Assembly (NCBI GenBank): GCA_021846045.1
Contig: JAJZCM010000001.1
Coordinates: forward strand, 54,457-118,456
DNA: 64,000 bases
Reading direction: 5' to 3'
Origin: a bacterium
Lineage (GTDB): Bacteria > Elusimicrobiota > Elusimicrobia > UBA1565 > UBA9628
The position numbers and the translations under genes were made by a program. The notes beneath the pieces are model-generated. The model worked only from the letters and a program-made list of their open reading frames with translations, had not been told where the DNA came from and did not search any database. Positions 49,011 to 58,853 of the stretch are shown here, piece after piece; position 1 is the stretch's first letter; each line of letters starts with the position of its first letter.

Positions 49011-49597
49011 CACCGCGTGGAAGGATTTTTGAATTCCCGGCAAAATTTATCAAGTTCAGTCGGGTCCTTGGAAAGATTTTCATAGCGCTTTGTTTGGGCC
49101 CAGAATACTTCCCAAGCGGCTCGGACGTCCTCGTCAGCCCTATGCGCCCCATCCAAATTTTTTCCGCAGTAAAATTGGTAGGCGGCCGACAAATTTCGGC
49201 GTTCCATTCTTCGGAAAATGACCAGGGCATCAATGAAATTTCTTCCATCCATGAAAAAGGGAATTTCCGCGCGGTTAAATTCCGTTTGGAGAATGGGGAT
49301 GTCGAATTGGATGATGCCGTATCCTCCGATATCGGCTGTTCCAATAAAATCGCGGATTTGAGTGCCGATTTCCTTGAAAGTCGGGGCGTCTTTTACCATG
49401 TCGTTGGAGATGTGGTGAATGCGAAAAGACGGCTCGGGAATAAAGGTTTCCGGATTAATAAAAGACGAGAACGATTTTTCAACGCCGTTGGTCTCCATTT
49501 TGATCATGGATATCTCAATAATGCGGTCGGTGGCGGTTGAAAGCCCAGTGCTCTCGATATCCATGAAAACCAAGGGTCTTTTTTGATTTTTCAGCAT
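49010..49597 (-). CDS. DEDDh 3'-5' exonuclease (DnaQ/RNase T-like)
   Basis: Exo I FMDIESTG, Exo II HHISNDMV, Exo III GAHRADEDVRAA. Confidence 0.75.
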   Translation of the reverse strand: MLKNQKRPLVFMDIESTGLSTATDRIIEISMIKMETNGVEKSFSSFINPETFIPEPSFRIHHISNDMVKDAPTFKEIGTQIRDFIGTADIGGYGIIQFDIPILQTEFNRAEIPFFMDGRNFIDALVIFRRMERRNLSAAYQFYCGKNLDGAHRADEDVRAAWEVFWAQTKRYENLSKDPTELDKFCREFKNPSTR

Positions 49598-50913
49598 AGG
49601 GCCAGTTTTTCCGCGCATTTCTTTCCATCCATGATCGCTTCTTCCATGAAAGAATATTTCCAGGCGCCGTAACGCCCGATTGACTCCACTTCGTTTTTTG
49701 CGAGGAATGGAAATAGTGTGTTCAAGGCTTTTGTTCTCTTAAAATCATAAACGACATATCCGCATTTGATCGGCAACCACTCTTTGATGATTACCCGATT
49801 GTCAGACCTTAATATTTTACAATCCCTGAGAGCCTTTAGCGCGAGAGATTCCATATGGGATAAGCGAACCTTAGTTTTTGAGTCTCTTGAAAATTCAACA
49901 TACAGAGAACTTGAACCCGCAGGCGCGTTGGAGGAAGCGAATTGATTGTAAAACCCAACCCGGTAGAAGGGATATTTTTTTTCAGGAAAATAAATCCAGT
50001 GTTTTCCCGGCATGAGGTTTCCGGAAACGCCGAGGTTGAGGCAATAAACGGAATTAGAGGACAAATTTTCGGCCGCGCTTAGAACGCGGGCGGGAGTTTC
50101 CTTGCAAAGAGAAATAAAATCAGTCAATGGAACGGTGTTAACCAAGCGTTTAAAAGAAACTATTCCCAGGTTTTTAACGAGCGCCTCTTTTGTCTTTAAA
50201 TTAATCCAGATGGCTTCACTGCTCAAAAGCAACTGGTTTTTCTTGAGGCGTTGGGATAAGGCGTTCGGCAGAGATTGAATGCCGCCTTGTCTAGGGTAGA
50301 CAAACGAGGCGTTGTATCCAAAAGCCTTCGTTTGGTCCATCAGAGCTCCATAGAGGACTTCGGAAACCTTGGGCGCGGGCACAAAACGGCCTTGCCATTC
50401 CGTCGTCATGGTCGAAAGTTTTCTTTGCCAAAGTTTTTCATTGTAGGGAAACAGGAAATGTTTGCAGATTCCATCTCCAAAAGTCCGAAGCGCCCAATCC
50501 TTGAAAGAGACCTGCGTGGTTTTTCTCGCAGTCTTAGTGGGGCGGTGGACGGTTTTAAGAAATCCAAGGAGACACTCGTCAATCACGGAATCCGGAAGGC
50601 CGTAGGTGTTGGCTTGGAAGGGGTAGCGCGTCAAAACCTCATGCGAATAAATCCAAGAACTGCGCTTAATCTCGCGCAAATTACCTTTTAGTAAGTCTTG
50701 GATCAGTTTTTTCCCATAGGGATCGTGAAGATGGAGAAGGTGCCCAGTAAAATCGAAGGTAAACCCTTTTCTAAATATCGAAGAGGCGGCGCCGCCGGGA
50801 TATTTTTCTTTTTCGACTATTAAGGCCGAAAGCCCTGAATTTTTATTAAGGTGATAGGCGGTCGATAGTCCGGCAAGGCCGCCGCCTAAAATTAAGACAT
50901 CGGTTTTAATCAT
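49591..50913 (-). CDS. FAD-dependent oxidoreductase (amine-oxidase fold; UDP-galactopyranose-mutase-like C-terminus)
   Basis: VLILGGGLAGLSTAY dinucleotide-binding motif. The C-terminal GRYGAWKYSFMEEAI resembles the Glf C-terminal GRLAEYKYYDMHQ. Confidence 0.6.
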   Translation of the reverse strand: MIKTDVLILGGGLAGLSTAYHLNKNSGLSALIVEKEKYPGGAASSIFRKGFTFDFTGHLLHLHDPYGKKLIQDLLKGNLREIKRSSWIYSHEVLTRYPFQANTYGLPDSVIDECLLGFLKTVHRPTKTARKTTQVSFKDWALRTFGDGICKHFLFPYNEKLWQRKLSTMTTEWQGRFVPAPKVSEVLYGALMDQTKAFGYNASFVYPRQGGIQSLPNALSQRLKKNQLLLSSEAIWINLKTKEALVKNLGIVSFKRLVNTVPLTDFISLCKETPARVLSAAENLSSNSVYCLNLGVSGNLMPGKHWIYFPEKKYPFYRVGFYNQFASSNAPAGSSSLYVEFSRDSKTKVRLSHMESLALKALRDCKILRSDNRVIIKEWLPIKCGYVVYDFKRTKALNTLFPFLAKNEVESIGRYGAWKYSFMEEAIMDGKKCAEKLALC

Positions 50914-51952
50914 CGTAAATTACGACGTGGGCAAGCATGCGGCTTAGGAGTAAAAGGGGAACAATTAATATTCCGTAGAGAATGATCGCGCCCATCAGAT
51001 GGATTTGCGTCGCTAGGAAACCGAAAAATCCAAGGAAAGCCGCTATTGCCGCCGCAATGAGAACGACTTGAAGACGGGAATACCCCATTTTTTCCAAGCG
51101 CAAGGCGAAGTGGTCTTTGGAGCCCATGAAAGGCGATTTTCCCTTCATCAGCCGAAGAACCATGACAAACAGCGTGTCATACATGGGGACGAGTAAAATT
51201 AAAATAGGCGCGTAGACTCCGGCCGGGTTGATGTCGGAATAGCGGGTTCCCAAAGAAACGCAGGCAAGCAAAAAGCCCAGAAGGAGGCTTCCGGAATCGC
51301 CCATAAAAATTTTTCTTTTTTTTGAAAAATTCCAGGGCAAAAAACCGAGGGCCGCGCCGGCGAGCGCGGCGGAGGCGAAGTTGACGTAGAGTTCTTCCGA
51401 CGGAAGGGAAATAAGAAGAAATCCCATCGCGGCTATCGCCGCCTGGCTTGCGCAGAGGCCGTCCATGATATCAATGATGTTGAGCGCATTAGTGATTCCG
51501 ACAATCCAAAGGAGCGTCAAAAACGCGGCGACGTAGTTGGGGGAAATAAAGCGAATGCGAATGCCGTTAAATAAAACAATCGAGGCGGCCGCGAACTCAA
51601 TTAAGAATTTAACGCGGTAATCGAGGCCTTTAGGCTTGTTGATGTCGTCAAAAATCCCGCAGGCGAAAATCATGCTTCCACCGATGAGAAGGGCTCTCAG
51701 GCTGTGCAGAGTTCCAGTGGGAAATCGCGTCCAAAAACGAAGAAAAATCAAGGTTAGCGAGTAGGCGATGTAAAGAGCGATTCCACCTACGACCGGAGTC
51801 GCGACTTTATGAGTTTTGATGGGAGAAGACGGGCGATCGACCCATCCCAAGGCCAAGGCGATTTTTCGAGCCAGCGGAGTTAAGGCGAAAGATAAAAAAA
51901 AGGATGAAAAGACCGCAATCGCGTAGAGGCGCCAGTTGTCAATTTTTATCAT
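50906..51952 (-). CDS. polyprenyl-phosphate N-acetylhexosamine-1-phosphate transferase (MraY/WecA family, GT4)
   Basis: Polytopic, with the NALNIIDIMDGL motif characteristic of MraY/WecA. Confidence 0.8.
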   Translation of the reverse strand: MIKIDNWRLYAIAVFSSFFLSFALTPLARKIALALGWVDRPSSPIKTHKVATPVVGGIALYIAYSLTLIFLRFWTRFPTGTLHSLRALLIGGSMIFACGIFDDINKPKGLDYRVKFLIEFAAASIVLFNGIRIRFISPNYVAAFLTLLWIVGITNALNIIDIMDGLCASQAAIAAMGFLLISLPSEELYVNFASAALAGAALGFLPWNFSKKRKIFMGDSGSLLLGFLLACVSLGTRYSDINPAGVYAPILILLVPMYDTLFVMVLRLMKGKSPFMGSKDHFALRLEKMGYSRLQVVLIAAAIAAFLGFFGFLATQIHLMGAIILYGILIVPLLLLSRMLAHVVIYDD

Positions 51953-53980
51953 TTAGGGTTCATTAAGGGAAAAAAGCATGCAGCCGCTAGAACGGTAAAG
52001 AAGGGGGGATTTTTTAAGAAGGTCTCTGAGGCGGATTTTGCCTTGCGGAGACAACTTTCCCAAGGAATCTCCCAGGCGAATCATTTCTTGCGGAACCCAT
52101 AAAATTTCAGTGATTCCTTGCCGCTTAAGATGCGCGGCAAGTTCTTTCTCGCTAGAGGCGAGGTTTGAGTCGTCAATGAAAAAGTTCGGCGAGAAAATGG
52201 ATGAGGCGATGGAACCCGCCGGAGCGTAATAGCTGCGCTCTTCACCCATAATCAGAATCTTATCATTTCGCTTCGCCTGCTCAGCGGCGTAATGCGCGCA
52301 GGGGTAATAAAGGAGTTTTTGAGACAGATAGTCCGTTCTGGTTTTCAGTCCCAGCAAGGTTTCTCCTCCATTAAAAACCCCGAAATTAACAAAGAGAAAT
52401 AAAAGCAAATGCGTCAAAATAATCAAAGAGATTGCCGAAGTTAAAATAATTTGTGTTGAACGGTCCAGACGTTCCTTGAGTTTGAGAAGCGCGTTTCCGG
52501 CCAACAGACAGAGAAGAGGGCAAAGAGCGATTAAAAATCTCAAAACAACGCCGGTCAAAAACCAAATCAGGATATAAACTAAAGAAAATACGACTAAGCG
52601 CTTTAAAAAAAGATTCTTTCTGGAAGCCCAAACGGCCAAAGGCAGGGACCAGAATAAAATTTCCCAACCAAGTCCGCCCAAGACGTCCATTCCGCGCCCG
52701 AAATGAAGGCTGTTGGTTAAAAGCATCACGGGAAAATCAGCCCAGCGCCGGTAGTTAAGCCCGCTGCGGTATTCGGCAAGGGCGTTGAAATAATTATGAG
52801 CGATTTCTTTATTCCATCCGATTTGTGAGGCCTTAAAGAAAGGGTTAAAGAACGGAAAAAAGGGATTGCCGACTTCTATCCAATTTTTGAGCATCCAAGG
52901 GGAGAAGAGAATCGTCACGATTGCGGTAAATAGCGCCGCGTCTTTGAGCGCTTCCTTCCTTGATTCCGATGGAAAAAAAACGCGGCTCCACAAGGTCATT
53001 CCTAAAATTCCCGCCGTAATCCCCGCGTAGTATTTGGTTCCCAAGGCCAGCCCGCAAAACACGGCCGACAAAATCAGCCAAGCCTTGGAACCTGAGGAAG
53101 TCGAGCGTATTTCTTCCCAGCGAAGAAATGAGAGGACCGAAGCCGTAGTCCACAACATCACCAAGGGTTCAACGTAAGAAGAGGCGGATAAAAGCATTGC
53201 CGAGCTTTGCGTAACAAGTAAAAGAATCGACAACATGACCGCTTTGATGGGAATTTCAAGCTGGGCGATTTCAAAAATCCACCAGGCGCTCAGAAAAAGC
53301 GAAACCCACATGAACATTTGAGCGAGAATGTCCGATTTAAACAGCAGCGATAAGGTAAACAGCATCTCGCCGTTTTGTGGGAAATGGCTGTAGAGAAGCC
53401 AAGGCAGTTTGACCAGCCCATGGGCTTGAACATAGGCGGCGGCTAAAGGTAAATGATAGACCAAGGAATCATACTGATGTGGGGGAATTAAACAGCACCA
53501 AAGAACGAGCAGAAGGGCGAAAAAAACGATCAGGGATTCAAAAGGGTTGCCGGTCAGAATTTTTTTCGGGGAATTAAATGCGCGAAAAAGGGCTTTTAAT
53601 TCCGCAAATCCCAGAATCCAAAGAATGGAGAGAAGTAAAGTCAGGGTGAGGGGGGTCAGATAATGAATGGCGGCAAGAAAAAAAACGCTCAGGCTTAAAA
53701 TTCCCAGTCCTAATGTCGCGCCGATCAAGGTTTTTTGCGAGGGGCTGATATCAGAAAAACCAAGCAAGGTAACTATCAGGCGCCCGGCTCCCGAAGCGGC
53801 CGATAAGATGAGTAACAGTTCCATGAAAGCTGCAAATCCAGGGAAAAAGGGAAATAAAAAATAGGAGCCGAACGTATAAAGGGAGAAAAAGAGCGTTGCA
53901 AGGGCTGCGCCGAAAAAAAATAATTTTCCGTCTTCGGTCATCTCAAAGCTTCTGGGCTTTTGGGCTGGGGGGAGAGCCAT
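51953..53980 (-). CDS. large polytopic membrane protein, probable GT-C fold glycosyltransferase
   Basis: About 14 TM helices, the early loop [17 protein letters not shown], and a C-terminal soluble domain. The family assignment is tentative. Confidence 0.5.
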   Translation of the reverse strand: MALPPAQKPRSFEMTEDGKLFFFGAALATLFFSLYTFGSYFLFPFFPGFAAFMELLLILSAASGAGRLIVTLLGFSDISPSQKTLIGATLGLGILSLSVFFLAAIHYLTPLTLTLLLSILWILGFAELKALFRAFNSPKKILTGNPFESLIVFFALLLVLWCCLIPPHQYDSLVYHLPLAAAYVQAHGLVKLPWLLYSHFPQNGEMLFTLSLLFKSDILAQMFMWVSLFLSAWWIFEIAQLEIPIKAVMLSILLLVTQSSAMLLSASSYVEPLVMLWTTASVLSFLRWEEIRSTSSGSKAWLILSAVFCGLALGTKYYAGITAGILGMTLWSRVFFPSESRKEALKDAALFTAIVTILFSPWMLKNWIEVGNPFFPFFNPFFKASQIGWNKEIAHNYFNALAEYRSGLNYRRWADFPVMLLTNSLHFGRGMDVLGGLGWEILFWSLPLAVWASRKNLFLKRLVVFSLVYILIWFLTGVVLRFLIALCPLLCLLAGNALLKLKERLDRSTQIILTSAISLIILTHLLLFLFVNFGVFNGGETLLGLKTRTDYLSQKLLYYPCAHYAAEQAKRNDKILIMGEERSYYAPAGSIASSIFSPNFFIDDSNLASSEKELAAHLKRQGITEILWVPQEMIRLGDSLGKLSPQGKIRLRDLLKKSPLLYRSSGCMLFSLNEP

Positions 53981-54696
53981 TTGAAGTGAACAAGCCCCAG
54001 ACGATGGGGAATGTATTGAGAGATAATTTTGAGCGTGGAAAGTCCGTAGATTACGCTTCTTTTAAAATTAATGGAGGAGGCTTCGGGAAAGTATCTTGCG
54101 GCCACGGGAATATCTCCAATTTTAAGGTGGCAGGCCGCGGCCTGAAGCAAAAACTCCTGGTCAAAGACGAAATCGTCGGAATTGTCCTGCCAGCGGATTG
54201 TTTCAAGGCATTTCCGGGAATAGGCCCTTAAGCCTGAATGCCATTCCCCTAAGTTTTGACCCGTGCAGGTGTTTTCAAGAATGGTGAGGAAACGGTTGAA
54301 GACATATTTATACAAGGGCATTCCGCCCTCCAGCGCTTCCCACCGGGTTCTGATGCGGTTTCCCAAAACGACGTCGCAGATTCCGTTTTTAATGAGAGAA
54401 ATCATGATGGGCGCCAGTCTTGCGTCATATTGATAGTCCGGATGAATCATGATGACGACATCGGCCCCGCGTTTAAGAGCTTCTAGGTAGCAAGTCTTTT
54501 GATTGCCGCCATAGCCCTTGTTTTTTTCATGGACGATGGTGGTTAGCCCCAGTTTTTTTGAAAGGGCGGCGGTGCCGTCTTTGGAGCAATCATCCACCAG
54601 AATAATCTCGTCTACGCTTCCTAGCGGGATGTCAAAAACGGTCTTTTCCAAGGTCTTTTCCGCGTTGTAAGCGGGTAAAACCGCGATCGTTTTCAT
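53938..54696 (-). CDS. GT2 glycosyltransferase, DPM1/ArnC-like
   Basis: [24 protein letters not shown], and a DXD region. Confidence 0.8.
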   Translation of the reverse strand: MKTIAVLPAYNAEKTLEKTVFDIPLGSVDEIILVDDCSKDGTAALSKKLGLTTIVHEKNKGYGGNQKTCYLEALKRGADVVIMIHPDYQYDARLAPIMISLIKNGICDVVLGNRIRTRWEALEGGMPLYKYVFNRFLTILENTCTGQNLGEWHSGLRAYSRKCLETIRWQDNSDDFVFDQEFLLQAAACHLKIGDIPVAARYFPEASSINFKRSVIYGLSTLKIISQYIPHRLGLVHFKWLSPQPKSPEALR

Positions 54697-54706
54697 GATT
54701 TTTGTT

Positions 54707-54798
54707 AACCACTCACGTCACCCCGACGAAAGTCGGGGTCCAGAGCAACAATTTTCTGGATTCCGGCTTTCGCCGGAATGACGAACCTGAGCAGTTAT
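54707..54798 (+). repeat. double-hairpin dispersed repeat copy in a divergent promoter region
   Basis: ACCACTCACGTCACCCCGACGAAAGTCGGGGTCCAGAGCAACAATTTTCTGGATTCCGGCTTTCGCCGGAATGACGAACCTGAGCAGTTATG. Confidence 0.85.
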
Positions 54799-54911
54799 GA
54801 TTTTTGTAAGAAATTAGCAATATGAATCTGCGACGATTACGTATAGGATAGCATAAGCCTACGTAAGGAAGGCTTGAAATAAATTAGGGCTTCTGTTATA
54901 ACTCTACAGAC

Positions 54912-56204
54912 ATGTCTATGGGATTACCTCAGGATTGGGAAAGAATAGGGCTAGGAGGGGTTGAATCCATTAATAATTTGGATACGGCTCGCATGACCTT
55001 GCGTTGGGCGCTTGAACGCTTAAGAGCTCTAGAAGAAAAAAATAACGCTTTTGAAAAGAAAACCAAGGAATTTGGGGATATCAAGGAAAAGATTGATGAA
55101 GAGAGAAGCGCCCTCAAACGCGCCTTATCCGTCCGCGAGGAAGAAGAAAAGTGGCGAGATGATTATTATCAGCGGCTCAGACAAAGAATTCAGAGTTTAG
55201 TCTCAGAGAAACTCTCGGGAAATTCAAACGCCGTTTCCATTGCTTCCCGAGAGTTGGAATTGGCGAGGCTTGAAGAAGAAAACCATCAGCGGCGTCTGGC
55301 CTTGGAGAAAGAATATTCGGTCAAGATGAGATCTGGTCAGGCGGAATATGAACGCCTTAAAGCGTCGTTGGATTCTCAGGCTAAGAATCAAGCCGAACAG
55401 TGGGAAAAGGCGGAAGCGGAGCGCCAAATTCGTTTTAACGAATTCATGACGCAACAGCGAGGGCTGTTGGAAATGCAAAGCCGGCAAGTGGAAGCAGAGT
55501 CGGCGCGCGTGGCGTCTTGGAGAATGGATCAAGCGTCCGCATCGTGGGCGGTGGAAAAAGAGAGTCTTCTCAAAGAGATTGCGCAATTGAAGGAAAAGGA
55601 AGGAGATTTACGCCGCAAGCTGCATGCGGAAGGGCTTGCCTTGGATAGCGCGAGAGAAGAGGCGCTCAATATTTCAAGATCCAGCGAAATTCGCCTTCGG
55701 CACATAGAGGAAGAACAAAAGGTCTTCGATAGGGAACAAGAGACGATCAAGGCCGAAGCCAATCTATGGCGGCTTAAATCCGGGGAAGGATGGTCTTCGC
55801 TCGCGGAGATTAAAAAAAAGTGCGTTGAGCTTGAAAATCAGCTTAAAGAGTCTCAGACCCTTTGCTCGGAAGAAGCGGCTAAAAGAAAGGCGGCCGAGGA
55901 AAGATTTCAGGTTTATGAACGGAGTTGGTCGAAAAGGCAAACAGATTTAGATCTTATTGAGGAATCTCTTCTTAAGAAATTTAAAGACCTGGAAGATGAG
56001 GTGTCCCGCAGGGACCGCGTTTGGAAAGACCGTGAAGATTTCATGCGTAAACGCGATCAAAACTGGCATAATCGTATAGAAGAATGGCAGTCGATGATGC
56101 AGGAAAAGTCCGAGGGCGTAGAAAAGCTCAGGTCTGAACTGCTCGAAGCCGTTCGAGGCTATATCAAGAGAAAAAAAGGGGAAGAACATGGAAATGGAGA
56201 ATAG
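54912..56204 (+). CDS. long coiled-coil protein (E/K/R-rich)
   Basis: A heptad-rich charged sequence runs through the protein, with no enzymatic motif. Confidence 0.55.
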   Translation: MSMGLPQDWERIGLGGVESINNLDTARMTLRWALERLRALEEKNNAFEKKTKEFGDIKEKIDEERSALKRALSVREEEEKWRDDYYQRLRQRIQSLVSEKLSGNSNAVSIASRELELARLEEENHQRRLALEKEYSVKMRSGQAEYERLKASLDSQAKNQAEQWEKAEAERQIRFNEFMTQQRGLLEMQSRQVEAESARVASWRMDQASASWAVEKESLLKEIAQLKEKEGDLRRKLHAEGLALDSAREEALNISRSSEIRLRHIEEEQKVFDREQETIKAEANLWRLKSGEGWSSLAEIKKKCVELENQLKESQTLCSEEAAKRKAAEERFQVYERSWSKRQTDLDLIEESLLKKFKDLEDEVSRRDRVWKDREDFMRKRDQNWHNRIEEWQSMMQEKSEGVEKLRSELLEAVRGYIKRKKGEEHGNGE

Positions 56205-57045
56205 GGTCAATTCGGAGGGGTTTGAGAATCCTCATCAGAGACTTGACGAGATATGGACTAGGCTCAGCGAGGTTTGTCGGAAGCTCTGGCAAGAAGATTC
56301 TCCTGCCGCAGTGGGTCTTGAGGCCATTGTCGAGGAATTTAAAGGCGAGGTCCGGCGTTTAGGACAGGCCTTGGCCGCATCCCAGAAAACTCTTTCGGAG
56401 CAAAAATACATGCTCTCAAAAGAGTTCAACGAGTTTTTCTCCGATCAAATTCTGGAACTAAAATCCCAGATTAGCCGCGGTTCGGTCCGCATTTCGGCTC
56501 TTGAGAAAACATTGGCCAGCCGCGACGCGGAAATCGGCAATCTCCTGAAGGCCTTGGCGGATAAGGAGGCGGAGAACGTCAAGTTTCACGATGAGTATCT
56601 CAAAGCCGCTTCCCAATCCGATGAAATGCAGGCTCGGAAAATGGAGGTTTTTTACCAAGAACTTAAAAATAAGGAATCCGAGCTTGAAAAGACTTGGGAA
56701 AATAGAAAAAAAGCGCTGGAAGAAGATCATCGTCAGCACATTGAATCTCTTCAGAAGAAAGAAAGCGCTCTTGAAGGAAAGTTTTCCCAGAGGGAAAAAG
56801 AGCTTCGAGAATTCCAGGAGCGTTTGATGCAGGAGCGCATGACTTGGGAATCGCAGACTCTCCAGCAGCGTGAGATATTCAATAAGAGAGAAGAAGATCT
56901 GAAGAAGCAAAGCCAAGACCTATTAAGCGAATACAAGATAAAGCAGGACGAGTTGCAGCGCATCAAGGATGGCATGAAGTCGGAAATCGTGGAACTTGTC
57001 CGTCAGTACCAGGCGAGGCTTAAGGCGCAGTCGGCTGTAAGCTAG
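56188..57045 (+). CDS. coiled-coil protein
   Basis: Charged heptad-rich sequence. Overlaps the upstream gene by 17 nt. Confidence 0.55.
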   Translation: MEMENRVNSEGFENPHQRLDEIWTRLSEVCRKLWQEDSPAAVGLEAIVEEFKGEVRRLGQALAASQKTLSEQKYMLSKEFNEFFSDQILELKSQISRGSVRISALEKTLASRDAEIGNLLKALADKEAENVKFHDEYLKAASQSDEMQARKMEVFYQELKNKESELEKTWENRKKALEEDHRQHIESLQKKESALEGKFSQREKELREFQERLMQERMTWESQTLQQREIFNKREEDLKKQSQDLLSEYKIKQDELQRIKDGMKSEIVELVRQYQARLKAQSAVS

Positions 57046-57107
57046 TTTTGGGCGGAGCTGGAGAAAAACTCCGGCTCCGCTTTCCGTTTAATTCGAGAAT
57101 TTGCCCA

Positions 57108-58448
57108 ATGGAAAAAAAATCCGCCGAAGAAGCCGCTTTGGCCGGGCTTGAGGAGATTAAAAAAGAATATTACTCCCGCTTGGACTCTATTGATTTGAGT
57201 TTTTCGAGTCTCAAGGAAAATAAGTCTTCCCGCGATTACTTCTCGGATATCTTGACGGAGGAACCTCCAAGTTTATTGGAGATTCCTCCGGTCGTAACTA
57301 CTCACGTCACCCCGACGAAAGTCGGGGTCCAGAGCAACAATTTTCTGGATTCCGGCTTTCGGCCGCTTTCCAACGAACTTGGAAGCGGCGCTTCCTCCCC
57401 AATGCTCGGTCGCCGGAATGACGAACCTGAGCAGTTACCGCCGGTTAAAGAAATAATCCCGCCAAAACCTAAAGTCAATTTTTTCCCCGAATTTACGGAT
57501 GAGCCGGTTAGCGCCGCGGGTGAAAATAAGAATGAGGAAACCCAGTCTTCATTCATTATGAATGCGCCGGTGGAGAAGGAAACGCCTTTAGCCCAGGCGG
57601 ACGCGATTGCCACGCGCTTGGAAAATCTCCCCGTCTTGGGGCGCTCTTTCTCATTTTACAGTTTGCTTGTCTCTGGGGCGCTTCTTGTTGGCGCTATCTC
57701 TTGGGTGGGCTGGAATGCGTGGTCATCCTCATGGAAATCTTCTCTTCCTTTTGGCGAGCCGGTTGGCCTTGCCGCTGTTGGGGACAATCTGGCGTCTTTG
57801 GATCCCGCTGATAATCTTATTTATACCCTCAAAGGCTCTTCAGGAAAACCGCTAGGAAAATATCCTTTCGTTTGCGATCATGCTTCAGGGTTTGCCGGCT
57901 TTCAAAACGAGTTTTGGTGTTCAGAAGCTGACAAAGGCGATGTTCGGCGTTATTTCTTGGTCAATGGAAATGAGTATGAACTTCAGAGGGTTTATAAGAC
58001 TTTTGGAACCAAAATTGGAGCGCTCTATTCGGATGGAAATTATTTATGGGGCGCGGATGCGACTAGCGGGAAAATTTTTCAGTATTTAATTGTTAAGGCC
58101 CTGACGGGGATTCTTTTAACGCCCATTGACCGTTTTACCCTTCCCGATATTTCCCCGGCAGGACTTTATGCGTCTAATGGAATTTTATGGGTTTTAGACG
58201 CCAAAAGCAGGAGAATCAAGCGCTTTAAAATCTCGGTTTCAAAAGCGGAGCCCATTGATTCTTATGATCTAAACCAAAAGATAAAAGCGCTTGGCGCTCT
58301 TGCGGGGCTGTCCGTTAATGGGGAAAGAGTTTATATTCTAACCCGCCATCCCTCCAGAATTTTCAGCTTCGATCTTAAAAATTTGCCTCATCGCCGGTCG
58401 CCGATACATTTCCCAAGGGCGCCCGCGACGCTCGGCCTTCGGCCTTGA
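57108..58448 (+). CDS. membrane-anchored protein with C-terminal beta-propeller-like (NHL/SMP-30-like) domain; carries an in-frame repeat-element insertion
   Basis: Disordered N-terminus, one TM helix (FSFYSLLVSGALLVGAISWVGW), and C-terminal repeated strand motifs (LYASNGILWVLD, VNGERVYILT). The element at 57294-57439 is translated in the sense orientation. Confidence 0.5.
   Translation: MEKKSAEEAALAGLEEIKKEYYSRLDSIDLSFSSLKENKSSRDYFSDILTEEPPSLLEIPPVVTTHVTPTKVGVQSNNFLDSGFRPLSNELGSGASSPMLGRRNDEPEQLPPVKEIIPPKPKVNFFPEFTDEPVSAAGENKNEETQSSFIMNAPVEKETPLAQADAIATRLENLPVLGRSFSFYSLLVSGALLVGAISWVGWNAWSSSWKSSLPFGEPVGLAAVGDNLASLDPADNLIYTLKGSSGKPLGKYPFVCDHASGFAGFQNEFWCSEADKGDVRRYFLVNGNEYELQRVYKTFGTKIGALYSDGNYLWGADATSGKIFQYLIVKALTGILLTPIDRFTLPDISPAGLYASNGILWVLDAKSRRIKRFKISVSKAEPIDSYDLNQKIKALGALAGLSVNGERVYILTRHPSRIFSFDLKNLPHRRSPIHFPRAPATLGLRP
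57294..57439 (+). repeat. double-hairpin repeat copy with a nested 51-nt palindromic insertion inside stem-loop 2, within a CDS
   Basis: ...GGATTCCGGCTTTCG[GCCGCTTTCCAACGAACTTGGAAGCGGCG...CTCGGT]CGCCGGAATGACGAACCTGAGCAGTTAC. The insertion is itself an inverted repeat (GCCGCTTTCCAA / TTGGAAGCGGC). Confidence 0.85.
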
Positions 58449-58460
58449 CCGCGACGCTCT

Positions 58461-58844
58461 TCATTCAGCGACTCCCCTTTGACGCAAAACAGCCTTCACC
58501 CGCGCTAGGAATTCTTCCTTCTTATAGGGCTTGGCGATGAAGTCGTCTACTCCAAAGTGAAGGGCTTCAAGCTCGGATTCCGTTTGAGAGTTGACCGTTA
58601 GCATGATAATCGGAGTTTTTTTAAGAGAGGGGTCATCTCTAAGTTTTCGACAGAAAGTTTCTCCGTCCATCTTCGGCATTTTCCAATCCAAGAGGATCAG
58701 GTCGGGCTTGAATTTTTTGGCCGAAATAAGAGCTTCCGCTCCATCTTTTGAGCAGAGAACCTCAAACCCTGAAGACTTGAGTATGTCTTGGGCGATCAAG
58801 CGATAATCTTCCTCGTCGTCTACGACCAAGGCTTTATGGGGCAT
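58461..58844 (-). CDS. single-domain response regulator (CheY-like receiver)
   Basis: LVVDDEE, with phospho-acceptor DLILLDWKMPKMDG and a K-containing C-terminus. Confidence 0.85.
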   Translation of the reverse strand: MPHKALVVDDEEDYRLIAQDILKSSGFEVLCSKDGAEALISAKKFKPDLILLDWKMPKMDGETFCRKLRDDPSLKKTPIIMLTVNSQTESELEALHFGVDDFIAKPYKKEEFLARVKAVLRQRGVAE

Positions 58845-58853
58845 ATATTTCTC

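Noticed and set aside
47617-49597. Dpd-type 7-deazaguanine DNA-modification or restriction system
   Set aside because: No TGT/DpdA-like transglycosylase and no ParB-like DpdB or helicase genes are present. Only queC/queE plus an exonuclease are here, which is insufficient evidence.
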